64,000 nt of DNA from an uncultured Ectothiorhodospiraceae bacterium (GTDB lineage Bacteria > Pseudomonadota > Gammaproteobacteria > CAMYNG01). This document shows, one piece after another, positions 8,830 to 18,574 of the stretch. Numbering within the stretch: position 1 is the first letter of the stretch; each line of letters starts with the position of its first letter. The position numbers and the translations under genes are program-made. The notes under the pieces were generated by a model. The model was not told the DNA's origin. It searched no databases and was given only the letters and a program-made list of their open reading frames with translations. The stretch covers positions 35,540 to 99,539 of the forward strand of contig CAMYNG010000003.1 in NCBI GenBank assembly GCA_947259765.1, read 5' to 3'.

Positions 8830-9786
8830 TCACTCATTTCGAATTGTCTGCTGTTGAAACTCAACCAACCGAAGGGTCTGCTGAAATACGGCCGCGTGCT
8901 TACCGCCACCCGTGACGGCCTTACGAGCATGTAGGAGAGCTTCTTCCAGCTTACCCAGCTCAAGGTAAACCTGGGCAAGATTGTTGTGCGCCGGTGCGTA
9001 GTGTGAATGGTGTTCCAGAATTTGCGCAAATTGTCTCGCAGCATCATCAAGTTGCCCCTGTTTATAGAGGCTGTTTCCCAAGCCCATCGCCAGTGTGGTA
9101 TTGCCGGCCCAGCGCTGCAATCCGGCACGATATGCGCGCGCGGCGACGCCCCACTTGCCGGCCTTTTCCAGCTCAATGACAGCACGTATATATTTCGATC
9201 GCTGCATTGTTAACGGTACGTTACCAGGGGCAACCGTAAGCAGTGCCCAATGGCGTCCACGTTGCCAGGTGCGCTCGAAAACACGCATACCCACAACGTG
9301 TCGCCGCCGCTCTCCCGAGCGCAAAACAATAGTATTTGCCGCCAGGTCGTAGCCAACAACGACCGCATAGTGCCAGACCGGATGCCAGTTCGTACCCAGG
9401 TTTTGCAGCACCAAAACCGGCCGGCCGGACTGGACCTCTTGCATTAGCGTAAGTAATGACGGTTCCAGCTCATAGGCAATAAGACCATAACGCCTTACCG
9501 TCGCCACAAGTTCAACTTGCAGACTACCCTGACGTTCGGGCAAGTAAACCTGAGAAGTTAATTCACCCGGCGTAACTTCCACGCCGCTGCTATTGAGCAA
9601 CGTAGCCAATGCCGCGGGGCCGCATTGATAGGCTTGTTGTGGAAAGAACGCAACCGCGTTTAACTCAACGGCTTGACGCAAATCCTGCGGAGGCCGAACC
9701 ATTAGAATATCGGATTGCGGCGTGGTCGCGCATCCCGATAGCGCCATGGCCAAAACCAGCAGCGAGAAAACGACCTTCCCACGCAT
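8830..9786 (-). CDS. Lipoprotein cysteine peptidase (C39-like core) with TPR repeats, PA2778-family-like
   Basis: Lipobox LALSGC, peptidase core around QQAYQCGPAALATLLN, and C-terminal TPR repeats (AARAYRAGL.., LGNSLYKQGQLDDAARQF.., NNLAQVYLELGKLEEAL). Confidence 0.7.
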   Translation of the reverse strand: MRGKVVFSLLVLAMALSGCATTPQSDILMVRPPQDLRQAVELNAVAFFPQQAYQCGPAALATLLNSSGVEVTPGELTSQVYLPERQGSLQVELVATVRRYGLIAYELEPSLLTLMQEVQSGRPVLVLQNLGTNWHPVWHYAVVVGYDLAANTIVLRSGERRRHVVGMRVFERTWQRGRHWALLTVAPGNVPLTMQRSKYIRAVIELEKAGKWGVAARAYRAGLQRWAGNTTLAMGLGNSLYKQGQLDDAARQFAQILEHHSHYAPAHNNLAQVYLELGKLEEALLHARKAVTGGGKHAAVFQQTLRLVEFQQQTIRNE

Positions 9787-9798
9787 TGAAGTAAACCG

Positions 9799-10230
9799 CT
9801 AATTTTCTTCCGTGACTACCGGCCCCTGATTGCCATCCGGTGATTTTTTAACAAACGGAAATAAATCCGTATAACCCATAATGTCGGTAAACAAAAGGAC
9901 CAGGAAAACAATGGCGGCAATGGCTAAAAAACTGCCTCCAGCAGGCGCATCGTCAAGTGCCGTGTTCAGGGCTACAAGTTCTTCGTCGCTCATCACTGCA
10001 AGACGGGATTGCGCATCAGCAGGACTAACCCCTAGCTCTACCAAGTGGGTTTCAACGCGTTCAGCAAGATTTGATCGATTGATGGGAGGAGCACTGATAG
10101 CCGGTGAGTCGTCCACCAATGACGCCGTGGACACCAGCGCGGCTTGTGCAGGTAGCACAACAAGGCAACTTATGAGTAAGGCACAAACAAATCGAGAAAC
10201 GGCTGTTTTGCTTTCGGTGTAAATGAACAT
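9799..10230 (-). CDS. Exported small protein, PA2779-family-like
   Basis: Signal peptide, then conserved-looking ..GVSPADAQSRLAVMSDEELVALNTALDDAPAGG followed by a hydrophobic helix. An AGGAGGG Shine-Dalgarno sequence is present. The gene lies 12 nt upstream of the peptidase gene on the same strand. Confidence 0.6.
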   Translation of the reverse strand: MFIYTESKTAVSRFVCALLISCLVVLPAQAALVSTASLVDDSPAISAPPINRSNLAERVETHLVELGVSPADAQSRLAVMSDEELVALNTALDDAPAGGSFLAIAAIVFLVLLFTDIMGYTDLFPFVKKSPDGNQGPVVTEEN

Positions 10231-10348
10231 GTCACCCTCCTGCTAAAGTATTCGCACGGATAATAAAGCAAAATAGCCTGGTGTGTCACAATATTAGCCG
10301 CCGAAGTGTGACGCCTCCGGTATAAAGAGGTACTTAACAAAGAGGAAT

Positions 10349-11275
10349 TTAGTAACTATGCAGGTGGGATTCGTCGGCCTTAACCGCGTCTTCTATCGTT
10401 GTCAGAACGGAGTGTAATTTGCGCGCGGATTCGGGGTACTCGCCGGTATAAACAACGACTTCATGGCGATTATGCGCGATTCGATCAACGCGATCGCGCA
10501 CATCCGGATATTTTTGAATAAGTTCCAGAAATGCCGTGCAATCAACTCGCAAGGCATCAACCTGCGTCACCGCGGTCACGGTGGCCGTTCGTGGTGCGCC
10601 AGTGAGTAACGACCACTCGCCAAAAAATTCCCCGGGTCGCAAAAGTGCGGTATTGACGCTTTCTTCGCCAACCTGATTACTGACACGCGCCGCACCGAAT
10701 ATAATAATGTAAAATGCGTCACCGACTTCGCCCTCGCGGACAATTTCACCGCCGGACGGAACAGTCACCAGTGATGAATTTTCCTCCAGAAGAGATAATG
10801 CCGTCTCGGGTAACACCCGGAATGGTTCCACCGCTCGCAATGCGGTTTCTGTAATTCGTTTTCGCGTCCGCTTGAGGATCGCCCGACGCACGTCGGCGTG
10901 AGAATGCAGAAGATTTGCCAGCGTGTCGCCGTCGACTTCAAGTAACACAGACGGTTTGCTGACAATTACATTGGAGACTCGCGGTATCCCGTACAGCGCG
11001 GAAATTTCACCGAACAATTCCCCGCGACACAGGCGCGCCAGCACGACGCTGCGTCCCTCAACTTCCTCGGTCACTTCGACCTCACCCAGGACTACAATGT
11101 AAACTCGGTCATCGCGTTGAAACTGCCGACACAACACCTCGCCAGCAGGTACACTTCGCACCTTGCCGTGTTGCATCAGAAATTTTTTATCAGCTGTTGT
11201 TAGAAGCTCACTAAACGCCGTATGTCCCTCAACGGCTTGTTCAACAGCTTCCAGAACCTCGGCATTCCCGGCCAT
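10349..11275 (-). CDS. Protein made of two cyclic-nucleotide-binding domains with no recognisable output domain
   Basis: Two CAP_ED-like units (RDDRVYIVVLGEVEV..GELFGEISAL and EGEVGDAFYIIIFGAARV..GEFFGEWSLL). Confidence 0.8.
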   Translation of the reverse strand: MAGNAEVLEAVEQAVEGHTAFSELLTTADKKFLMQHGKVRSVPAGEVLCRQFQRDDRVYIVVLGEVEVTEEVEGRSVVLARLCRGELFGEISALYGIPRVSNVIVSKPSVLLEVDGDTLANLLHSHADVRRAILKRTRKRITETALRAVEPFRVLPETALSLLEENSSLVTVPSGGEIVREGEVGDAFYIIIFGAARVSNQVGEESVNTALLRPGEFFGEWSLLTGAPRTATVTAVTQVDALRVDCTAFLELIQKYPDVRDRVDRIAHNRHEVVVYTGEYPESARKLHSVLTTIEDAVKADESHLHSY

Positions 11276-11624
11276 AATGGTCTCTGCACCAAATCGGTTA
11301 AATCGATAGTCGCTTAGAAAAACTCTACTTTAAAAATCGGCCTCTGTCCGGCAAGGAAGAGCCTGGAAAGCGGAACTTCGTCACACTCTTTAGCATCAGT
11401 GTGACCTAGCCACCTGTAGGCGACATGGAAAATTCAAGTAGAAAGATGTAAAAATTCACTTTAACTATCAATAATCGTCTTCAACCTACTGAACAAAGGT
11501 AAGTTTTAAAAATCTGTCATTTACCCGCTAAGGAGTCCAGCTCGATGGGCCATACCCAATATATTAGACTAGAGCCGGTCCATCCTCGGCCGAGCACGCT
11601 AACCCGGAGTTTTCCTTAGCATCC

Positions 11625-13091
11625 ATGTTTGTCCCGCTGCACAAAACTCCCGACTGGCGTAACCCGCCGCTGGTGACACTGGCGCTCATGCTGCTGCTTT
11701 CACTATCGTATGCGGTGCTACAACACAATGACCCGTTGTACGAACAGGAAGCCTACACATTCTATTTTCGCTCCAGTCTGCCGGATACCGAATTGCCACG
11801 CTACGTGGAATTTGTACGCACCACGTCATCGCGAGAACAGGCAGCTCGGCTCAAACAAGAATTGGCGGCGGGAGACATTGGCGGTCAGATCGCAGTGTTT
11901 CATGCCATGCAGGCAGACGGAGAATTCCAAACATTGCTGCAGCAGGACCTGATCATTTCGCCTGATGATCCGCTCTACCCGCACTGGCAGCAGGAACGCA
12001 GCTATTACGAGTCGAGTCTGCAAAAAATTTCTGCCTTCCAGTTTGGTTTGATACCCAGCCAGTTTTCGGCGTATACGCTGGTGACTCACATTTTCCTGCA
12101 CGCCAATCTGTCCCACCTGTTGTTCAATCTGTTGTTCCTGTTTCTGTTTGGCTTCATTGTTGAAATGGCGTGGGGCCGCTGGGCTACCCTGGGAACATTT
12201 TTGCTGTCAGGTATTTTGTCCGGCGCATTTTACGTCTGGCTGGAGCCGGAAAGCGCGCGTTGGGGTATTGGCGCTTCGGGCGCCATTGCCGGTCTCGCCG
12301 GTGCGTACACGGTTTTGTTTGGCATGCGGCGGATCCGTTTTTTCTTTTTCCTGTTTGTCTACTTCGACTACGTCTCTGCACCGGCGCTTGCACTGCTGCC
12401 GCTATGGCTGGCCTATGAGATTTACGACTATTTCTGGGCCATGAACAATGTCAATAACCTCGCGCACATTGGTGGACTGCTAAGCGGGGCCGGAATCGCC
12501 TGGTTATTGAAGACACGCACGGCATTGGTAAAAACCGATTTCCTCGACAGTGAAATCCAACTACACGCTTTGGAGAGCGGTATGGACAGGGCGCGCAAGC
12601 AAATCGCACATCTCGAATTCGGCAAGGCGCGACAGACGTTGCAGTCTTTGCAACGTAACTACCCGGAGGAACCCGAAATAACTTTGCAGTTGTTCCACAT
12701 TGCCAAGCTGGAGCCGGCCTCTGCGGAGTTTCACGAACTGGCACACATGGCCTTACAGCAAACCGGTGTCGACGAGGCTACTTTACGCCGACAGCACACC
12801 GTGTATGTTGAATACATCCGCTACGCAGCCAACAGTTCTCGTTTGTCGGTCGCACTGCGTCTCACACTTCTGCAACGCTTTATTTCCCTCGGTGAACTGG
12901 CGAGCGCAGAAACGCTTGCACATGAACTGTTGAAGGACCCCGATACCCCTCCCGCCAACAGACTGGCGCCACTAATACGGCGGCTGATCAAGGCTTACGA
13001 GGGCTCCAGCAAGGCAAGCACCGCAAAGCAACTGGAAAAACTACTGCAACGGCGTGCGCCCGGCCCATCTTCAATGCATTCAGGCAACTAG
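11625..13091 (+). CDS. Rhomboid-family intramembrane serine protease with long C-terminal helical extension
   Basis: GASGAIAGLAGAY (GxSG catalytic Ser), HIGGLLSGAG (catalytic His) and multiple TM segments. A soluble helical tail of about 190 aa follows. Confidence 0.8.
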   Translation: MFVPLHKTPDWRNPPLVTLALMLLLSLSYAVLQHNDPLYEQEAYTFYFRSSLPDTELPRYVEFVRTTSSREQAARLKQELAAGDIGGQIAVFHAMQADGEFQTLLQQDLIISPDDPLYPHWQQERSYYESSLQKISAFQFGLIPSQFSAYTLVTHIFLHANLSHLLFNLLFLFLFGFIVEMAWGRWATLGTFLLSGILSGAFYVWLEPESARWGIGASGAIAGLAGAYTVLFGMRRIRFFFFLFVYFDYVSAPALALLPLWLAYEIYDYFWAMNNVNNLAHIGGLLSGAGIAWLLKTRTALVKTDFLDSEIQLHALESGMDRARKQIAHLEFGKARQTLQSLQRNYPEEPEITLQLFHIAKLEPASAEFHELAHMALQQTGVDEATLRRQHTVYVEYIRYAANSSRLSVALRLTLLQRFISLGELASAETLAHELLKDPDTPPANRLAPLIRRLIKAYEGSSKASTAKQLEKLLQRRAPGPSSMHSGN

Positions 13092-13501
13092 TACCGCAAT
13101 ATAGTGAAAATTTTCATTAGCTTAAGGCACTTGAGCTATTCCTGAAATGCAGCTTTCTCGCCGTCCAAGACAAGACTTTCCACAACACGACTACAAGAGC
13201 TAGAACGACCCGTTCCCGTACTTCTTTGTGCTTCACTTAACCAGGGCATCATGCCCATCACACAGGACGCGAGTGCCGGGGTAGTGTAAGGGGAAAGCTG
13301 CTGCGAAGCTTGCAGCGATGACTTTTCGCGCTTCTGAAACAAACAGACATTGCGAGGAACGAGCCCAGTTTTATTTTGCGAAGCTGGATACGTGGTAGTA
13401 AAAAGCTGTGATGGGAATTGTTATGGGCGGTGAAAAACCGATTCAGAAACTAAAAACGATAGATTACCCTGAACGAGTTTTTCTATTACGTTGAAATCGA
13501 A

Positions 13502-14923
13502 TCAAGCCTTTCCCAACTGATCGATAATCTGCTGGTACTTTTCGATCTCCTCTTGCAAAGGATTACCGGGATACGTCTTGCTAACGAATTCCAAAATTCC
13601 ACTCGCCTTGCTGTCTTCGCCGAAGTTTTCGCACATGACCTGCGCCGCAAGTAGATAGGCCTCCGGAATAGCGGCATGGTTGGGAAAGTCCCGGTGGTAG
13701 TGATTGAGCAAATGCAGCGCAAGTCTTGCATTCGCTCCGTGCTTGAGGAGTTTGGCCAGTTGCAGGCGAATTTTCGGATCGGCCGGTTTATACTCCGGCA
13801 CGAGTTTTTGCACTTCCAAGTAAACTTCCACCGCCTGCGCGGCCTTTTTCTCCAGAAGCAAGCGTGACAAGTAAACATTTGCATGACGACAAAGCGCGTC
13901 ATTGTCCCGGGTTGCCCGCAATAAGCGATGGTAACGACGCCGTGCATCGAGATCGCCGGGGGAACTTTTAATGTAGATCGCCAGGCGTTCCTTGGCGGCA
14001 TCCATTTTACCTTCCTGCAGAAGGATTTCCACTTCTGCGAGTTCCGGATTGGGCGCTTCCACGCTTTCTTTTGCCTGTAAGTGCGTATGCGCTTCCACTT
14101 CTATTTCGTAATGTAGATCCTCATGAAACTGGTAAATCACATAACCCATCATGTGAAACATGATCAGGAAAAAATACATAGTCATCAAGGCTACAACGAA
14201 TGCCGCAAGAAAATCCGGCACCAGCCCGGCGAGTAAATTGACGGCGGTATTAAGCGCGATCAGGAGCAGTAACAGGAAGCCGCACAGGATCAAATACGAC
14301 ACACCGATACGGCGTATAAACAGAGAAATGATGGCCGGATTGAATGCCTTGAGAAAGCTATGCTCGATAGCCAGGATCATTGTGCTGGCGGGCAAGGCGA
14401 AAATCGTCAACGCCATACTGATGGTAAACGGCACCGTTCCCAGCAAATCGAGAACGGTCATATTAACGGTCAGCAAGGCAAACATCAGGAAGATCTGCTT
14501 GAAAGGCAGTTCCAATTCCTCGGTCAGGGTTTCACTGTTGACCTCCGGCGCCTCCATGTGCCCTTGAGCGGTTTTCTCAAGCGCCGCGTAAGCGTACTTG
14601 AAAAAGACGATAAAAAGCAGAACGGGTACGACGAGCCCGACCAAGGGTATGCCAACCGTCATGGTCAACAACGCAATTATGAGCATAAAGACCAGAGGAT
14701 GCGGTGACAGCGGATACAGGTAAAACCGCGACATCCGGCGCCAGAACGGTGTGATTAAATTGGCGGCACCGATACGTTCAAGTTGGGTTTGACAAACCGG
14801 ACACTGCACAACGGCATCACGGCCGGCGACCGTAATACAGGACAGACAAAAATTGATCTCGCACTGTTTGCAGTTCCAGACTGCAGGCCGATCCGGATGA
14901 TATTTACAACTTATTTGCGCCAT
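13502..14923 (-). CDS. B-box-type zinc-finger / polytopic membrane / TPR protein
   Basis: N-terminal Cys-rich module CKYHPDRPAVWNCKQCEINFCLSCI..CPVCQ, then 6 or more TM helices, then C-terminal TPR-like repeats. The ATG at 14923 is preferred over the TTG at 14941. Confidence 0.7.
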   Translation of the reverse strand: MAQISCKYHPDRPAVWNCKQCEINFCLSCITVAGRDAVVQCPVCQTQLERIGAANLITPFWRRMSRFYLYPLSPHPLVFMLIIALLTMTVGIPLVGLVVPVLLFIVFFKYAYAALEKTAQGHMEAPEVNSETLTEELELPFKQIFLMFALLTVNMTVLDLLGTVPFTISMALTIFALPASTMILAIEHSFLKAFNPAIISLFIRRIGVSYLILCGFLLLLLIALNTAVNLLAGLVPDFLAAFVVALMTMYFFLIMFHMMGYVIYQFHEDLHYEIEVEAHTHLQAKESVEAPNPELAEVEILLQEGKMDAAKERLAIYIKSSPGDLDARRRYHRLLRATRDNDALCRHANVYLSRLLLEKKAAQAVEVYLEVQKLVPEYKPADPKIRLQLAKLLKHGANARLALHLLNHYHRDFPNHAAIPEAYLLAAQVMCENFGEDSKASGILEFVSKTYPGNPLQEEIEKYQQIIDQLGKA

Positions 14924-15105
14924 GTTTGCGCGACGCTCCAACCGCCTTTGCTTTCTTTTTCAGCAAGCCTATCCACTGCACGAGCCGGATTCAAGCCAGT
15001 TGAGAACCGGGCGCGTACCGGAGCAACGGCGACAATGTGTTCAAAGCGGATAAGTCCGGCGTCATCAAGTTTGCGCAACTCTGCTTACCTATACAAATTC
15101 GGGAG

Positions 15106-16578
15106 TCAATCTGCAGAAACCGTGCGGTTCCTGGCCCATTCTCGAATCGTGGCCACGCGCTCAGCCATTACCACGGACAACGGCCGAGTCTGCTGGATCT
15201 CCTCCACTAACATTGTTTGATCCGGGCGTTGGTTTTGTGCGTGCGCGCGGTAAGATGCCGCCACCACCACCTGTTCGATCTCGGCGCCGGAAAAACCTTC
15301 TGTCTGTTCAGACAAGTCGTCGACATTGTACATGCCGGTTTCCAAACCCCGCTTGGCGAGATGAATTTCGAATATCTTTCGACGTACTGCCGGCGCGGGA
15401 AGGTCGACGAAAAAAATTTCATCAAAGCGCCCCTTGCGCACCAGCTCCGGTGCAAGCGCACTGATGTCGTTGGCGGTCGCCACCAGAAAGACCGCGGCCG
15501 ATTTTTCCGCCAGCCAGGTGAGTAGCGTCGCCTGGACCCGTTTCGATGTGCCACCATCGTTGTCTGCACTGGCGATAGCCTTTTCAATTTCATCCACCCA
15601 CAGTACACACGGCGCCATCGCCTCCGCGGTCTTCAGGGATTCACGCAGATTACGTTCCGTTTCACCATGAAACTTGTTAAACAGGGTACCGAAATCCAGC
15701 CGCAACAAGGGCACGCCCCAGGTCCCGGCAACCGACTTGGCCGCCAGGCTTTTGCCACAGCCCTGCACACCCAGCAACAGGATACCCTTGGGTTTGTCCA
15801 GCTTGGAATCGGTACTGCGAAACACTTCACCACGATGGCTTAACCATTCCTTGAGACGGACAAGTCCGGCAACATCGGAAAATTTTTCCGTGGAGAATTC
15901 ATAGTGCAAGACACCGTCCCGATTGAGAAGCTGGTACTTGGCCTGTACGACCTTTGACAGGTCATCCTCGGTAATGGCACCGTCATCAAAGATTGCCTTG
16001 CGTGCCAATCGTTTGACTTCATTTGAAGTCAGGCCGCTCAGGTTATCCACCAATTGTTCCAGTGCAGTGTTGTTGGTTTTAACCCGTTGGCCATTATTGG
16101 TACCCATCCACTGACCGGCTACCTCTTTGATAATTTTTTTACGGCGCTCCCGGTTGGGTAGATTCAACGAAAAATTTGCGCTGTACGCACCGAGTTCCGG
16201 CGGGATGGTGATTTCGTGACTGATGAAAACCAGGACACGGCGCGCCATGTCATGCTGTAGCGCAATGTCCTTGATCAGGCGCACATGCGTGGGTTCATCC
16301 AGATACGGATGAAAGTCGAGCAAGGCATAGATACCCTGTGCACCACTGCGTTTGATGGCGCCCAACACATCCACAGGTTCATGGTGCTCGCCTTCCAGGG
16401 TAAATTGACCAAGCAGACGTTGCAGACCTTCAGTAACGGTCCACTTGTACAAGGACATCCCTGTATCACGTTCAAGATCAGCGAGCAGCTCCAACGCGCG
16501 CAACTCTTCGCGCGTTTCTATCGTAATTATCGGGACGTGGGAACGTAGCAACAATTCCAGATCACGACGGTCGTTCAC
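15106..16578 (-). CDS. AAA+ ATPase, single ATPase module with N-terminal accessory domain
   Basis: Walker A GVQGCGKS, Walker [10 protein letters not shown] and sensor/arginine region [10 protein letters not shown]. The start is GTG with an AAGGA Shine-Dalgarno sequence. Confidence 0.85.
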   Translation of the reverse strand: MNDRRDLELLLRSHVPIITIETREELRALELLADLERDTGMSLYKWTVTEGLQRLLGQFTLEGEHHEPVDVLGAIKRSGAQGIYALLDFHPYLDEPTHVRLIKDIALQHDMARRVLVFISHEITIPPELGAYSANFSLNLPNRERRKKIIKEVAGQWMGTNNGQRVKTNNTALEQLVDNLSGLTSNEVKRLARKAIFDDGAITEDDLSKVVQAKYQLLNRDGVLHYEFSTEKFSDVAGLVRLKEWLSHRGEVFRSTDSKLDKPKGILLLGVQGCGKSLAAKSVAGTWGVPLLRLDFGTLFNKFHGETERNLRESLKTAEAMAPCVLWVDEIEKAIASADNDGGTSKRVQATLLTWLAEKSAAVFLVATANDISALAPELVRKGRFDEIFFVDLPAPAVRRKIFEIHLAKRGLETGMYNVDDLSEQTEGFSGAEIEQVVVAASYRAHAQNQRPDQTMLVEEIQQTRPLSVVMAERVATIREWARNRTVSAD

Positions 16579-16617
16579 AGCAACATTCCTTAGCGTAATT
16601 TATTACATGGCGCCCAT

Positions 16618-16660
16618 AAAAAAACCCTCCAAAAGAGAAGTTCAATGCTCAACCGGAGGG
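16618..16660 (-). terminator. Possible intrinsic terminator or attenuator hairpin 40 nt upstream of the AAA+ gene
   Basis: Minus-strand CCCTCC..(GAG/CTC inner pairs)..GGAGGG followed by TTTTTTT. The stem is interrupted and the loop is large, so this call is weak. Confidence 0.3.
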
Positions 16661-17041
16661 CGAAAACTGGGGATTCGCCGGTAACACCTACCTCCAACCT
16701 GGCATCAAAAACAGGTTGAAAAATCAAATACTTGGCGTGCGTGGGCCCGCGCAATGAGGCGGACAAAGCCCGAACGGAACGGAGCTTACCGGCGGTTGTT
16801 GAACAACCTTAGACCCTTAAATGTTTGGATGCAACCGGACGCGGCCCGGTGAAGAAAATATATTCAGCAGCGTTGTGTGGGCCATCCCGAATTCAACAAC
16901 TTAGGTGGAACGCAACGATCGAGACTCCCTATATATAAGTACATTCTTATATATTGTAACGTGAGCTGCGTGTTTCACCAGGTTCCGCACGCCCGATGAC
17001 AGAGGTGACGACGGCAGCGAGTTTGAACACCTGTAACACCG

Positions 17042-17524
17042 TCAGTCGCGCAAGTTGTTGAATTGCAGCGGCAAGCCAAAATCGGCATCGCGTAAAAGCG
17101 CCATTACGGCCTGAAGATCGTCCCGCTTTTTGCCACTGACCCGCACCTTGTCGCCCTGAATAGCAGCCTGAACCTTGAGCTTGGCATCCTTAATGGATTT
17201 AACCATTTTTCTCGCCGTGTCCGTTTCGATACCCTGGCGCACTGTAACGGTTTGGCGCGTGGACTTACCGCTCAATTCAATCTCACCCGTCTCCAGGCAG
17301 GCGATATCTATGCCGCGGCGATTTAGTTTGGTTTGTAGAATATCGAGCATTTGTTGCAGCTGAAACTCGGCCTCGGCCTGCATCAGAATCGTTGCATCGT
17401 TCAATGCAAATCGCGCATCGGCGCCCTTAAAATCAAAACGCGTACCCACTTCGCGATTAGCCTGGTCGACCGCGTTGTTTACTTCGTGCATCTCCACCTC
17501 GGAAACAACATCAAATGACGGCAT
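17042..17524 (-). CDS. yajQ: YajQ-family nucleotide / c-di-GMP-binding protein
   Basis: MPSFDVVSEV..EVNNAVDQANREV..RFDFKG is the canonical YajQ N-terminus. The size is 160 aa, and a GAGGA Shine-Dalgarno sequence precedes the ATG at 17524. Confidence 0.9.
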   Translation of the reverse strand: MPSFDVVSEVEMHEVNNAVDQANREVGTRFDFKGADARFALNDATILMQAEAEFQLQQMLDILQTKLNRRGIDIACLETGEIELSGKSTRQTVTVRQGIETDTARKMVKSIKDAKLKVQAAIQGDKVRVSGKKRDDLQAVMALLRDADFGLPLQFNNLRD

Positions 17525-17788
17525 AATTTTCCTCGTGTGCAACAACTTGAGTGCAGATTTTCACATTAACTGGAGTCGCAGATTTTCAGCCATACCCGGT
17601 GAAATTACCAGGTGTGTTAGCAAAAACGCGGTTCCCAGCGGCGACACAGTAACTCACGCTTTTTCAGCACTGGCCACATGGAACCAGAACAGGAACACGG
17701 TAAGGGGAAACAGCTGTGTTATAGTCAGCAAGCATTTACCGCCTGCCTGCAGCGCGTAGTTTTTTCCAGAAACAAGTTTAAAGAAAAC

Positions 17789-18574
17789 ATGAGTGCCCGC
17801 CGTTTATTCCGCTTTTTCCGTATAAGCATCCTGTTGACCATCCTCGTTATCGTCGCCGGCAGCACCTGGCTGACAAAGCTACGCACGACGGACTGGGACA
17901 GCCCCCTTTGGGTCGCCATTTATCCGATCAACGCCGATGGCAGCGAGGCCACCCATCGTTACATACAGACGCTGGGCAAAAGCTCATTCGCAACCATTGA
18001 GCAGTTTTTCTCCGACGAAGCCGCAGGCTGGGAAGTGCCCATTCGTAAACCGGTCTCTATTCAGGTTGCACCGGCGATTGACGATTTACCCCCCAGGGCG
18101 CCCAACGGTCAAAATATACTGAGCATTATGTGGTGGAGCCTGAAACTGCGTTATTGGGCCTTCAGCCGGGATACCTATAACGGACCGGCTGCGCCTGACA
18201 TTAAAATGTTTGTCGTCTACCATCGGCCCCGACGTGAGCCGTTGGATCACTCTGTTGGACTGGAAAAAGGTTTGCTTGGTATTGCCAACGTGTTCGCAGG
18301 CTCTGCCTATAGCGAAAAGAACAACGTCATCATCGCGCACGAAATTCTGCACACCGTCGGCGCAACGGATAAATATGACGCCGATACGCTTCCGCTGTTT
18401 CCTGACGGCTACGCCGAGCCGGATCGTGATCCACGCCACCCGCAACGTTACGCGGAAATTATGGGTGGCCGCGTCCCAGTTTCGGCCTCACGGGCCATTA
18501 TCCCGGCGAGCCTGCATCGCTGTGTTGTCGGTGAAAAGACCGCCGAGGAGATCAACTGGATCACCCCTCTTTGA
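17789..18574 (+). CDS. Membrane-anchored protein with HExxH zinc-peptidase-like motif
   Basis: N-terminal TM anchor (ISILLTILVIVAGSTW) and the motif HEILHTVGATDKY. I recognise no family. Confidence 0.55.
   Translation: MSARRLFRFFRISILLTILVIVAGSTWLTKLRTTDWDSPLWVAIYPINADGSEATHRYIQTLGKSSFATIEQFFSDEAAGWEVPIRKPVSIQVAPAIDDLPPRAPNGQNILSIMWWSLKLRYWAFSRDTYNGPAAPDIKMFVVYHRPRREPLDHSVGLEKGLLGIANVFAGSAYSEKNNVIIAHEILHTVGATDKYDADTLPLFPDGYAEPDRDPRHPQRYAEIMGGRVPVSASRAIIPASLHRCVVGEKTAEEINWITPL

Noticed and set aside
13136-13342. A 68-aa ORF in the convergent gap.
   Set aside because: Its composition is Ser/Gln/Thr-rich, it has no Shine-Dalgarno sequence, and no family resemblance is evident.
16939-16960. GacA/UvrY-box-like palindrome GTACATTCTTATATATTGTAAC.
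   Set aside because: The half-sites are in the wrong orientation and imperfect relative to TGTAAG-N6-CTTACA.
16579-17041. Identification of the long gap as 6S RNA, tmRNA, RNase P RNA, 4.5S RNA or a Csr/Rsm-type sRNA.
   Set aside because: I could not find the conserved cores. These include the tmRNA 5' GGGGCUGA and 3' tRNA-like CCA end, the RNase P GGAAAGUCCGG and ACAGAA elements, and the SRP GGUCAGGUCCGGAAGG element. Only four GGA motifs occur in about 300 nt.
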